Source of the DNA: a virus
Lineage: Duplodnaviria > Heunggongvirae > Uroviricota > Caudoviricetes
IMG/VR virus record: IMGVR_UViG_2740892488_000007
DNA: 29,943 nt
Reading direction: 5' to 3' (one strand)
Shown piece by piece: positions 8,352 through 17,828 of this stretch. Both the position numbers and the translations under genes were made by a program. Every line of letters starts with the position of its first letter. Within the stretch, counting starts at the first letter, position 1. The notes beneath the pieces are model-generated. The model was given only the letters and a program-made list of their open reading frames with translations, was not told where the DNA came from and did no database searches.

Positions 8352-9092
8352 TCATTGCGGATGTTTGTAATGTTTTTTTTTGCCTGTAACCCATGATGGT
8401 CGTGGTATTCCATAAGTTTTGCAGATCCACTTCAAGCGCCTGGAGTGATTTAGAGTCTTTTCTGTACACTTGTTCTTTTCTGCCCATGTTAAAGCAAAGC
8501 AACTATCCAGTGCCATATAAAGATACTGGAATTTTTCGAAGCTAAGGTATTGTGGGTTTTGGGATAAAAATAGTGCATGCACTATTGCTGCTATATTTAT
8601 TGGTGCGTGTTTGGTTTTTGTCTCGCTAGACATGTATTTGAGTGCTAATTCTATAACCTCTTTTTCAGAGCACTTGACCAGAATAAAGTCAGTTAATTTG
8701 CTGGGTTTTATTGGGGTTGCGTCTAAAAAACCGGCATCAGTAGTTGTTAATCTTATCCCTTTGAAAAAAGACAGACACCACACAGCAAAATTGAGAGTTT
8801 CTAGTGAAGATGTATTTTTTAATTTTAGTGAGTGTGTTTTGGGTAAGCCAAATACTCGTTGGCTAAAAGGCATTGTGGATATGCCTCCATTGAGGTTATA
8901 TACTTCTTGGTTTCCTGGGTATATCCAACCGTTAATAACATTTCTGTGATTGTTTATAAGATTTGTTTTTTCCGCTAGACCGGGTAAAGTAAGTAAAGAA
9001 AAATCATCAGTTTCAACGTTAACTTCTACTGGATAGTATCCAAACTCAGCTTCAATATCATTGGATTGCTGTTCGTCAACTTTACCTTGCAT
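8352..9092 (-). CDS. hypothetical protein (hotspot cargo); frame may continue to 8150 through an A9 tract
   Basis: 246-aa ORF with ATG at 9092-9090 and GGAG RBS. No motif I recognise. AT-rich. The C-terminus ...GKKKHYKHPQ runs through A9 on the coding strand (T9 at 8373-8381 on +); with A8 the frame would continue for 73 more codons to the stop at 8150. Confidence 0.5.
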   Translation of the reverse strand: MQGKVDEQQSNDIEAEFGYYPVEVNVETDDFSLLTLPGLAEKTNLINNHRNVINGWIYPGNQEVYNLNGGISTMPFSQRVFGLPKTHSLKLKNTSSLETLNFAVWCLSFFKGIRLTTTDAGFLDATPIKPSKLTDFILVKCSEKEVIELALKYMSSETKTKHAPINIAAIVHALFLSQNPQYLSFEKFQYLYMALDSCFALTWAEKNKCTEKTLNHSRRLKWICKTYGIPRPSWVTGKKKHYKHPQ

Positions 9093-9330
9093 ACATTGCT
9101 CCGGTCAAAAATAGGCTCGATAATTCTCGTAAGCCTATCATGTTCGCAAAGTATCCATACCTGTGGATTTTGTAAATTTAAGTTGATTTGTCATTAAATA
9201 AGCCGTTGCATGCAACAAGTGAATGTTTTTGCATGCGTCGGGGATGTCCGTTCAGGCTGCGTGCGGTCAGGACTGGTGCGGATCCATAGTATCTATGCAA
9301 CTGCATTAAAACCGCCCCATGAAGCGGGCG

Positions 9331-9349
9331 GGCGAGGCGGGGAAAGCAC
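9331..9349. other. cos site (19-nt cohesive-end sequence of P2-type phages)
   Basis: GGCGAGGCGGGGAAAGCAC matches the P2 cohesive-end sequence as I recall it; it lies about 170 bp beyond the 3' end of Q, as in P2. Confidence 0.65.
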
Positions 9350-9520
9350 TGCGCGCTGGCGGTGGTGCTGATTTTATTTTTTTCAGCGTCTGAGCGCGTC
9401 GTGATGGCGTTTAGATTGTTAGCCGGGGCGTTGGTGTGTCTGCGGGCTATTTTGTGCGGTGGTGAGCGTGTGAGGGCGTGATGGCGGGTTGTAAAAAAAG
9501 CCGCCCGCAGGCGGCGATAT

Positions 9521-10556
9521 TCAGCCGTTGTCAGTGTCCAGTGAGTAGTTTTTAAAGCGGATGACCTCCTGACCGAGCCAGCCGTTTATCTCGCGGATCC
9601 TGTCCTGTAGCGGGATAAGCTCATTGCGGACAAAGACCTTTGCCACTTTCTCAATATCACCCAGCGACCCGACGTTCTCCGGCTTGCCGCCCATCAACTG
9701 AAAGGGGATGCGGTGCGCGTCCAGCAGGTCAGCGGCGCTGGCTTTTTTTGATATTAAAAAATCGTCCTTCGTTGCCACTTCACTGAGCGGGATAATTTTG
9801 ATGCCGTCGGCTTTCCCCTGTGGGGCATAGAGAAACAGATTTTTAAAGTTGTTGCGGCCTTTCGACTTCACCATGTTTTCGCGGAGCATTTCGATATCGT
9901 TGCGATCCTGCACGGCATCGGTGACGTACATGATGTATCCGGCATGAGCACCGTTTTCGTAATACTTGCGGCGGAACAGCGTGGCTGATTCATTCAGCCA
10001 GGCAGAGTTAAGGGCGCTGAGATATTCCGGCAGGCCGTACAGCTCCTGATTAATATCCGGCTCCAGCAGGTGAAACACGGAACCGGGCGCGAAGGCTGTC
10101 GGTTCGTTGAAGGACGGCACCCACCAGTAAACATCCTCCTCCACGCCACGGCGGGTATATTTTGCCGGTGAGGTTTCCAGTCTGATGACCTTACCGGTGG
10201 TGCTGTAACGCTTTTCCAGAAACGCATTACCGAACACCAGAAAATCCAGCACAAAGCGGCTGAAATCCTGCTGGGACAGCCACGGATGCGGGATAAATGT
10301 CGAGGCCAGAATATTACGTTTGACGTAAATCGGTGAGCTGTGATGCACGGCAGCACGCAGGCTTTTTGCCAGACCAGTAAAGCTGACCGGTGGTTCATAC
10401 CATCTGCCGTTACTGATGCACTCGACGTAATCCAGAATGTCACGGCGGTCGAGTACCGGCACCGGCTCACCAAAGGTGAATGCTTCCATTTTCGGGGCGC
10501 TGGCGGTCATTTTTTTTTGCCGCAGGTTGCTGTGTTTTCCCTTTTTTCTTGCTCAT
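9521..10556 (-). CDS. Q: portal protein (P2 gpQ-like); N-terminal 15 codons out of frame at a T9 run
   Basis: 329-aa body ORF (9521-10510). An upstream ATG at 10556-10554 overlaps the P stop and has a GGAG RBS; it reads MSKKKGKTQQPAAKK and then falls out of frame at T9 (10510-10518). With T8 the protein would be 344 aa, the length I recall for P2 Q. Confidence 0.8.
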
Positions 10557-12328
10557 CAGTAAAACTCCAGAATGGTGGATGTCAGCGGGGTGCTGATACC
10601 GGCGGTGAGTGGCTCATTTAACAGGGCGTGCATGGTCGCCCAGGCGAGGTCGGCGTGGCTGGCTTCCTCGCTGCGGCTGGCCTCATAGGTGGCGCTGCGT
10701 CCGCTGCTGGTCATGGTCTTGCGGATAGCCATAAACGAGCTGGTGATGTCGGTGGCGCTGACGTCGTATTCCAGACAGCCACGGCGGATAACGTCTTTTG
10801 CCTTGAGCACCATTGCGGTTTTCATTTCCGGCGTGTAGCGGATATCACGCGCGGCGGGATAGAACGAGCGCACGAGCTGGAACACGCCGACACCGAGGCC
10901 GGTGGCATCAATTCCGATGTATTCGACGTTGTATTTTTCGGTGAGTTTGCGGATGGATTCAGCCTGGGTGGCAAAGTCCATGCCTTTCCACTGGTGACGC
11001 TCAAGTATTCTGAATTTGCCACCGGCCACCACCGGCGGTGCCAGCACCACGCATCCGGCGCTGTCGCCACGGTGTGACGGGTCGTAACCAATCCATACAG
11101 GGCGGGAGCCGAACGGATTGGCGGCAAACGGCGCATAGTCTTCCCATTCTTCCAGCGTATCGACCATGCAGCGTTGCAGCTCCTCGAACGGGAACACCGA
11201 CGCCTTGTCGTCAACAAATTCACACATGAACAGGTTTTTAAAATCGTCGGCGCTGTTTTCGCGTTTAAGCTGCTCAATGTCGAACAGCGTGCAGCCACCT
11301 TTCAGGGCGTCCTCAATGGTGACAATCTGCCGCCACTGGCCGTCCGCACAGAGAAGCCCACCGGCAAGGGCGTTATGACTGACGTCGATTTCCACACGTT
11401 CGGCGGCGCTGGCGCGTCCCCGGTTGAACAGTTCACCCGACCAGAACGGGTAGGCGTCGTGCGCCAGCGTGGATGGGGTGGAGAAATAGGTCGAACGCAG
11501 GTGACTCTGTGAGGCCATACCTGATGCCACCTTACGCAGTACCTGAAAATTCGGGATCCAGAAAATCTCATCGACGTACAGGTCGCCGTTATGGCTCTGT
11601 GCGGTGTTGGAGTTGGTGCCGAGAAAAATCAGTTTTGCGCCGTTATTGCCCAGGACAATCGGGTCACCGGTCAGGTCAACGTCAACCAGACGGGCAAAGG
11701 CGATGATGTATTCGCGGAACACATACGCCTGCGTTTTACTGGCCGACAGAAAAATCTGGTTATGACCGGTTTTCAGGGCGCGCAGCAGCGCCTCGCGGGA
11801 AAAATAAAACGTTGCGCCAATCTGGCGGGATTTCAGAATATCGCGGATGCGGTGCTCAAGCCCGGCGCGATACCAGTGCAGCTGATAGTCGAAAGACTGC
11901 TTAAAGAAAATCTGCTCCAGCTTTTCGATGGCCTCGTCACTGAAAAAATTCTTTTTCGGTTTGCGACGCCCGCCTTTGTTGCGGTTAGCGACGTTCGGAT
12001 TAAGGTCTGCCTCGTTGCCGGTCTGACTGTAGCGGTTGACCCGTGCCAGTCGTTCAATCTGGCGTCCGAGCAGGTCAATTTCCTTGAAGTCACCGCCGGT
12101 TTTCTGCGGTTTGATGATGAGCTGGGTCAGTCGCGCTTCCAGACTCATTTCGACACGGCTGATGGGGGCAACGCTGTCCCAGCCGTCGCGCTGTTTCCAG
12201 CTCTGCACCGTCGGGCGTTTCATCTGCAACATGGCGGCAATCTGCGGCACGGAAAACCCCTGCCAGTACAGCAGCGCCGCCTGACGACGCGGGTCGTGTA
12301 AAAGAGTGGTGTCTGTGGTGATGGTCAT
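10556..12328 (-). CDS. P: terminase large (ATPase) subunit (P2 gpP-like)
   Basis: 590 aa from ATG at 12328-12326 (the track ORF opens at a TTG at 12358). Divergent from O; length equals P2 P. Confidence 0.85.
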   Translation of the reverse strand: MTITTDTTLLHDPRRQAALLYWQGFSVPQIAAMLQMKRPTVQSWKQRDGWDSVAPISRVEMSLEARLTQLIIKPQKTGGDFKEIDLLGRQIERLARVNRYSQTGNEADLNPNVANRNKGGRRKPKKNFFSDEAIEKLEQIFFKQSFDYQLHWYRAGLEHRIRDILKSRQIGATFYFSREALLRALKTGHNQIFLSASKTQAYVFREYIIAFARLVDVDLTGDPIVLGNNGAKLIFLGTNSNTAQSHNGDLYVDEIFWIPNFQVLRKVASGMASQSHLRSTYFSTPSTLAHDAYPFWSGELFNRGRASAAERVEIDVSHNALAGGLLCADGQWRQIVTIEDALKGGCTLFDIEQLKRENSADDFKNLFMCEFVDDKASVFPFEELQRCMVDTLEEWEDYAPFAANPFGSRPVWIGYDPSHRGDSAGCVVLAPPVVAGGKFRILERHQWKGMDFATQAESIRKLTEKYNVEYIGIDATGLGVGVFQLVRSFYPAARDIRYTPEMKTAMVLKAKDVIRRGCLEYDVSATDITSSFMAIRKTMTSSGRSATYEASRSEEASHADLAWATMHALLNEPLTAGISTPLTSTILEFY

Positions 12329-12501
12329 GAATACCTCGCCGTGATGAATACACGGCAAGGCTACTGAGTCGCGCCCCGCGATTCGCTAAGGTGCTGTTGT
12401 GTCAGTGATAAGCCATCCGGGACTGATGGCGGAGGATGCGCATCGTCGGGAAACTGATGCCGACATGTGACTCCTCTAATCACTATTCAGGACTCCTGAC
12501 A

Positions 12502-13357
12502 ATGGCAAAAAAAAGTCTCAAAATTCTTTCGTATCGGCGTTGAGGGTGACACCTGTGACGGGCGTGTCATCAGTGCGCAGGATATTCAGGAAATGGCCGA
12601 AACCTTTGACCCGCGTGTCTATGGTTGCCGCATTAACCTGGAACATCTGCGCGGCATCCTGCCTGACGGCATCTTTAAACGTTATGGCGATGTGGTCGAA
12701 CTGAAGGCCGAAAAGATTGACGATGATTCGGCGCTGAAAGGCAAATGGGCGCTGTTTGCGAAAATCACCCCGACCGATGACCTTATCGCGATGAACAAGG
12801 CCGCGCAGAAGGTCTACACCTCAATGGAAATTCAGCCGAACTTTGCCAACACCGGCAAATGTTATCTGGTGGGGCTGGCCGTCACCGATGACCCGGCAAG
12901 CCTCGGCACGGAATACCTGGAATTCTGCCGCACGGCAAAACACAACCCCCTGAACCGCTTCAAATTAAGCCCTGAAAACCTGATTTCAGTGGCAACGCCC
13001 GTTGAGCTGGAATTTGAAGACCTGCCTGAAACCGTGTTCACCGCCCTGACCGAAAAGGTGAAATCCATTTTTGGCCGCAAACAGGCCAGCGATGACGCCC
13101 GTCTGAATGACGTGCATGAAGCGGTGACCGCTGTTGCTGAACATGTGCAGGAAAAACTGAGCGCCACTGAGCAGCGCCTCGCTGAGATGGAAACCGCCTT
13201 TTCCGCACTTAAGCAGGAGGTGACTGACAGGGCGGATGAAACCAGCCAGGCATTCACCCGCCTGAAAAACAGTCTCGACCACACCGAAAGTCTGACCCAG
13301 CAGCGCCGCAGCAAGGCCACCGGCGGTGGCGGTGACGCCCTGATGACGAACTGCTGA
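12502..13357 (+). CDS. O: capsid scaffold protein (P2 gpO-like); start region out of frame at an A8 run
   Basis: ATG at 12502 reads MAKK and then hits A8 (12507-12514) and stops after 13 codons. Removing one A gives a continuous 284-aa protein, the P2 O length. The body ORF is 12593-13357. Confidence 0.8.
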
Positions 13358-13415
13358 CCAGCGTCAGTCAGTCCGGGAAAACCTTCACGATTAACCCTTA
13401 ATTTCAGGAAAAACT

Positions 13416-14489
13416 ATGCGCCAGGAAACCCGCTTTAAATTTAATGCCTACCTGTCCCGTGTTGCCGAACTGAACGGCATCGACGCCGGTGATGTGTCGA
13501 AAAAATTCACCGTTGAACCGTCGGTCACCCAGACCCTGATGAACACCATGCAGGAGTCCTCTGACTTTCTGACCCGCATCAATATTGTGCCGGTCAGCGA
13601 AATGAAAGGGGAAAAAATTGGCATCGGTGTCACCGGCTCCATCGCCAGCACCACCGACACCGCCGGTGGCACCGAGCGTCAGCCGAAGGACTTCTCGAAG
13701 CTGGCGTCCAGTAAGTACGAATGCGACCAGATTAACTTCGATTTTTATATCCGCTACAAAACGCTTGACCTGTGGGCGCGTTATCAGGATTTCCAGCTCC
13801 GTGTCCGTAACGCCATTATCAAACGCCAGTCCCTTGATTTAATCATGGCCGGTTTTAACGGCGTGAAGCGTGCCGAAACCTCTGACCGCAGCAGCAATCC
13901 GATGCTGCAGGATGTGGCGGTCGGCTGGCTGCAGAAATACCGCAATGAAGCACCGGCGCGCGTGATGAGCAAGGTCACTGACGAGGAAGGGCACACCACC
14001 TCTGAGGTCATCCGCGTGGGTAAGGGCGGTGATTATGCCAGCCTCGATGCACTGGTGATGGATGCGACCAACAACCTGATTGAGCCGTGGTATCAGGAAG
14101 ACCCTGACCTTGTGGTGATTGTGGGGCGTCAGCTGCTGGCGGACAAATATTTCCCCATCGTCAACAAGGAGCAGGACAACAGCGAAATGCTGGCCGCTGA
14201 CGTCATCATCAGCCAGAAACGCATCGGCAACCTGCCAGCGGTACGCGTCCCGTACTTCCCGGCGGATGCGATGCTCATCACGAAGCTGGAAAACCTGTCC
14301 ATCTACTACATGGATGACAGCCATCGCCGCGTGATTGTGGAAAACCCGAAACTCGACCGCGTGGAGAACTACGAGTCAATGAACATTGATTACGTGGTGG
14401 AAGACTACGCCGCCGGTTGTCTGGTGGAAAAAATCAAGGTCGGTGATTTCTCCACACCGGCTAAGGCGACCGCAGAGCCGGGAGCGTAA
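13416..14489 (+). CDS. N: major capsid protein (P2 gpN-like)
   Basis: 357-aa ORF, same length as P2 N, in the O-N-M-L order. Confidence 0.85.
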   Translation: MRQETRFKFNAYLSRVAELNGIDAGDVSKKFTVEPSVTQTLMNTMQESSDFLTRINIVPVSEMKGEKIGIGVTGSIASTTDTAGGTERQPKDFSKLASSKYECDQINFDFYIRYKTLDLWARYQDFQLRVRNAIIKRQSLDLIMAGFNGVKRAETSDRSSNPMLQDVAVGWLQKYRNEAPARVMSKVTDEEGHTTSEVIRVGKGGDYASLDALVMDATNNLIEPWYQEDPDLVVIVGRQLLADKYFPIVNKEQDNSEMLAADVIISQKRIGNLPAVRVPYFPADAMLITKLENLSIYYMDDSHRRVIVENPKLDRVENYESMNIDYVVEDYAAGCLVEKIKVGDFSTPAKATAEPGA

Positions 14490-14492
14490 CCG

Positions 14493-15236
14493 ATGACGAG
14501 TCCCGCACAACGCCACATGATGCGGGTCTCGGCAGCGATAACCGCGCAGCGGGAGGCCGCCCCGCTGCGACATGCAACTGTCTATGAGCAGATGCTGGTT
14601 AAGCTCGCCGCAGACCAGCGCACACTGAAAGCGATTTATTCAAAAGAGCTGAAGGCCGCGAAAAAGCGCGAACTGCTGCCGTTCTGGTTGCCGTGGGTGA
14701 ACGGCGTGCTGGAGCAGGGCAAAGGTGCACAGGATGACATTCTGATGACAGTCATGCTGTGGCGTCTGGATACCGGCGATATTGCCGGTGCGCTGGAGAT
14801 TGCCCGTTATGCCCTGAAGTACGGTCTGACCATGCCGGGTAAACACCGCCGCACCCCGCCGTACATGTTCACCGAGGAGGTGGCGCTTGCGGCCATGCGC
14901 GCTCACGCTGCCGGTGAGTCTGTGGATCCCCGCCTGCTGACGGACACCCTCGAACTGACCGCCACGGCTGACATGCCTGATGAAGTGCGCGCAAAGCTGC
15001 ACAAAATCACCGGTCTGTTTCTGCGTGACGCTGGTGATGCCGCAGGGGCGCTGGCACACCTGCAACGTGCGACACAGCTCGACTGTCAGGCAGGCGTCAA
15101 AAAAGAGATTGAACGACTGGAGCGGGAGCTGAAACCGAAGCCGGAGCCGCAGCCCAAAGCGGCCACCCGCGCCCCGCGTAAGACCCGGAGCGTGACACCG
15201 GCAAAACGTGGACGCCCGAAAAAGAAAGCCAGTTAA
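14493..15236 (+). CDS. M: terminase small / endonuclease subunit (P2 gpM-like)
   Basis: 247-aa ORF following N, GGAG RBS; same length as P2 M. Confidence 0.8.
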   Translation: MTSPAQRHMMRVSAAITAQREAAPLRHATVYEQMLVKLAADQRTLKAIYSKELKAAKKRELLPFWLPWVNGVLEQGKGAQDDILMTVMLWRLDTGDIAGALEIARYALKYGLTMPGKHRRTPPYMFTEEVALAAMRAHAAGESVDPRLLTDTLELTATADMPDEVRAKLHKITGLFLRDAGDAAGALAHLQRATQLDCQAGVKKEIERLERELKPKPEPQPKAATRAPRKTRSVTPAKRGRPKKKAS

Positions 15237-15335
15237 CAACCGAATGCGCCCCGCGCCAGGGCGGCACGCCGGTCAGTGAGGGTGAATCACCTGACACTGC
15301 ACCGGCGTCCACCGCCCGACTTTTCAGAGGTGGTC

Positions 15336-15845
15336 ATGATGACGCTGATTATTCCGCGAAAGGAGGCTCCCGTGTCCGGTGAGGGTACGGTGGTCATCCC
15401 GCAACCGGCAGGCGACGAGCCGGTGATTAAAAACACGTTCTTTTTTCCCGATATCGACCCGAAGCGCGTCCGGGAACGTATGCGCCTTGAGCAGACCGTC
15501 GCCCCCGCCCGTCTGCGTGAGGCCATCAAGTCAGGTATGGCGGAGACGAATGCGGAGCTGTACGAGTACCGCGAACAGAAAATTGCCGCCGGTTTTACGC
15601 GTCTGGCGGACGTCCCGGCGGACGACATCGACGGTGAAAGCATCAAAGTTTTTTACTACGAGCGCGCCGTGTGTGCGATGGCGACCGCGTCGCTTTATGA
15701 GCGTTATCGCGGCGTGGATGCCAGTGCGAAAGGCGACAAGAAGGCTGACAGCATTGACAGCACCATTGATGAACTGTGGCGGGATATGCGCTGGGCGGTG
15801 GCGCGTATCCAGGACAAGCCGCGCTGCATCGTGAGTCAAATCTGA
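15336..15845 (+). CDS. L: head completion protein (P2 gpL-like)
   Basis: ATG at 15336 with AGAGG RBS gives 169 aa, the P2 L length (the track ORF opens further upstream). Confidence 0.75.
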   Translation: MMTLIIPRKEAPVSGEGTVVIPQPAGDEPVIKNTFFFPDIDPKRVRERMRLEQTVAPARLREAIKSGMAETNAELYEYREQKIAAGFTRLADVPADDIDGESIKVFYYERAVCAMATASLYERYRGVDASAKGDKKADSIDSTIDELWRDMRWAVARIQDKPRCIVSQI

Positions 15846-16048
15846 TGAAGACCTTTGCGCTACAGGGCGACACGCTCGACGCCATTTGTGTCCGGTATTA
15901 CGGGCGCACTGAGGGCGTGGTTGAGACCGTGCTCGCCGCAAATCCGGGACTGGCTGAACTGGGTGCGGTGCTGCCACACGGCACCGCCGTCGAACTGCCC
16001 GACGTTCAGACCGCGCCCGTGGCTGAAACTGTCAATCTGTGGGAGTAA
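15845..16048 (+). CDS. X: tail protein X (P2 gpX-like)
   Basis: 67-aa ORF whose ATG overlaps the L stop (TGATG); same length as P2 X. Confidence 0.7.
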   Translation: MKTFALQGDTLDAICVRYYGRTEGVVETVLAANPGLAELGAVLPHGTAVELPDVQTAPVAETVNLWE

Positions 16049-16051
16049 CGC

Positions 16052-16333
16052 ATGACAGCAGAAGAAAAAAGCGTCCTGTCGCTTTTCATGATTGGGGTGC
16101 TGATTGTTGTCGGCAAGGTGCTTGCCGGTGGTGAACCCATCACCCCGCGTCTGTTTATCGGGCGCATGTTGCTCGGTGGTTTTGTCTCGATGGTTGCCGG
16201 TGTTGTTCTGGTGCAGTTTCCTGACCTGTCACTGCCTGCGGTGTGCGGCATCGGCTCCATGCTGGGTATCGCTGGTTATCAGGTGATTGAGATTGCCATT
16301 CAGCGCCGCTTTAAGTGCAGGGGGAAACCGTAA
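16052..16333 (+). CDS. Y: holin (P2 gpY-like)
   Basis: 93-aa ORF with hydrophobic helices (LSLFMIGVLIVVGKVLAGG, LLGGFVSMVAGVVLVQF) and a charged C-terminus, directly upstream of the endolysin. Confidence 0.8.
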   Translation: MTAEEKSVLSLFMIGVLIVVGKVLAGGEPITPRLFIGRMLLGGFVSMVAGVVLVQFPDLSLPAVCGIGSMLGIAGYQVIEIAIQRRFKCRGKP

Positions 16334-16830
16334 TGCCGGTAATTAACACGCATCAGAATATCGCTGCCTTTCTCGACATGCTGGCCGTGTCCGAAGGGAC
16401 GGCGAATCATCCGCTGACGAAAAACCGGGGCTATGACGTGATAGTCACCGGAGTGGACGGGAAGCCGGAAATCTTCACCGACTACAGTGACCACCCGTTC
16501 GCACATGGCCGACCGGCGAAGGTGTTTAACCGTCGCGGTGAAAAATCCACGGCCTCCGGTCGCTATCAGCAGCTTTACCTGTTCTGGCCGCACTACCGCA
16601 AACAGCTTGCCCTGCCGGATTTCAGTCCGTTGTCGCAGGACAGACTCGCCATTCAGTTGATCCGCGAACGCGGTGCACTGGATGACATCCGGGCGGGACG
16701 CATTGAGCGCGCCATTTCACGCTGTCGCAATATCTGGGCGTCCCTGCCGGGTGCCGGTTACGGTCAGCGTGAGCATTCACTGGAAAAACTGGTCACCGTC
16801 TGGCGTACCGCTGGCGGCGTACCGGCTTAA
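16333..16830 (+). CDS. K: endolysin (P2 gpK-like)
   Basis: 165 aa from the ATG overlapping the Y stop; position between holin and LysA. Confidence 0.8.
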   Translation: MPVINTHQNIAAFLDMLAVSEGTANHPLTKNRGYDVIVTGVDGKPEIFTDYSDHPFAHGRPAKVFNRRGEKSTASGRYQQLYLFWPHYRKQLALPDFSPLSQDRLAIQLIRERGALDDIRAGRIERAISRCRNIWASLPGAGYGQREHSLEKLVTVWRTAGGVPA

Positions 16831-16844
16831 ACGGAGTAAACACC

Positions 16845-17270
16845 ATGAAGAAATTATCCCTTTCACTGATGCTGAACGTGTCGCTGGCGCTGATGCTGGC
16901 ACTGTCCCTGATTTACCCGCAGAGCGTGGCCGTCAGTTTTGTCGCCGCCTGGGCGATTCTGGCGACGGTTATCTGTGTGGTTGCCGGTGGTGTCGGCGTG
17001 TATGCCACAGAGTATGTGCTGGAACGCTACGGGCGGGAGCTGCCGCCGGAATCGCTGGCCGTGAAGATTGTCACGTCGCTGTTTTTGCAGCCGGTGCCGT
17101 GGCGCAGACGGGCGGTGGCTCTGGTGGTGATGGTGGCGACGTTTATCTCGCTGGTCGCTGCCGGGTGGATTTTTACTGCGCTGATTTACCTCGTGGCGTC
17201 GGTGTTCTTCCGGCTGATACGTACGGCCTGCCGTCAGCGTTTTGAGGGGCGGGAACCATGTCAAAGCTGA
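16845..17270 (+). CDS. lysA: lysis-timing membrane protein LysA
   Basis: 141-aa multi-helix hydrophobic protein following K; same length as P2 LysA. Confidence 0.7.
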   Translation: MKKLSLSLMLNVSLALMLALSLIYPQSVAVSFVAAWAILATVICVVAGGVGVYATEYVLERYGRELPPESLAVKIVTSLFLQPVPWRRRAVALVVMVATFISLVAAGWIFTALIYLVASVFFRLIRTACRQRFEGREPCQS

Positions 17271-17683
17271 TGATTGTGCTGGTTGTGTTGTTATCACTGG
17301 CGGTGGCCGGTCTGTTTCTGGTGAAACACAAAAATGCCAGCCTGCGCGCCTCGCTGGACAGGGCGAACAACGTCGCCAGCGGGCAGCAGACGACCATCAC
17401 CGTGCTGAAAAATCAGCTTCATGTTGCCCTCACCAGGGCAGACAAAAACGAGCTGGCGCAGGTGGCACTGCGTCAGGAACTGGAAAACGCCGCGAAGCGT
17501 GAAGCACAGCGCGAGAAAACCATCACGAGGTTACTCAATGAAAACGAAGATTTTCGCCGCTGGTACGGCGCTGACCTGCCTGATGCTGTGCGCCGGTTGC
17601 ACCAGCGCCCCGCCTGCACTGACGCCAGTGATTGTCGCCAACGCCTGCCCGAAAGTGAGTCTTTGCCCGATGCCGGGCAGTGA
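17258..17683 (+). CDS. lysB: inner-membrane spanin (LysB, Rz-like)
   Basis: 141-aa ORF with an N-terminal TM helix (LMIVLVVLLSLAVAGLFLV) and a coiled-coil-like remainder. Confidence 0.75.
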   Translation: MSKLMIVLVVLLSLAVAGLFLVKHKNASLRASLDRANNVASGQQTTITVLKNQLHVALTRADKNELAQVALRQELENAAKREAQREKTITRLLNENEDFRRWYGADLPDAVRRLHQRPACTDASDCRQRLPESESLPDAGQ

Positions 17684-17828
17684 CCCGGAGACGAACGGCG
17701 ATTTAAGTGCCGATATCCGGCAGCTTGAGAACGCGCTGGCACGCTGTGCCAGCCAGGTAAAAATGATTAAACACTGTCAGGACGAAAACGATGCTCAAAC
17801 CCGACAGCCTGCGCAGGGCACTGACTGA
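17538..17828 (+). CDS. lysC: outer-membrane lipoprotein spanin (LysC, Rz1-like), overlapping lysB in another frame
   Basis: ATG at 17538 inside lysB in a different frame. 96 aa with a signal peptide and lipobox-like LCAGC, Pro-rich mature region. Confidence 0.7.
   Translation: MKTKIFAAGTALTCLMLCAGCTSAPPALTPVIVANACPKVSLCPMPGSDPETNGDLSADIRQLENALARCASQVKMIKHCQDENDAQTRQPAQGTD

Noticed and set aside
8611-8949. 112-aa plus-strand ORF inside the orphan hotspot gene
   Set aside because: Antisense shadow of the longer minus-strand ORF, which has a proper GGAG-ATG start.
9994-12358. Many 60-240 aa ORFs on both strands overlapping Q and P (e.g. 9994-10473, 10628-11077, 11591-12301)
   Set aside because: They are antisense or out of frame to long ORFs that match P2 portal and terminase in length and position; GC-rich frames without starts or RBS.
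12359-12501. Late-promoter activator site (TGT-N12-ACA) in the divergent P/O region, and likewise upstream of V and FI
   Set aside because: I scanned these intergenic regions and found only partial matches (for example TGT-N12-ACC upstream of V at about 18727), so I do not annotate specific late promoters.
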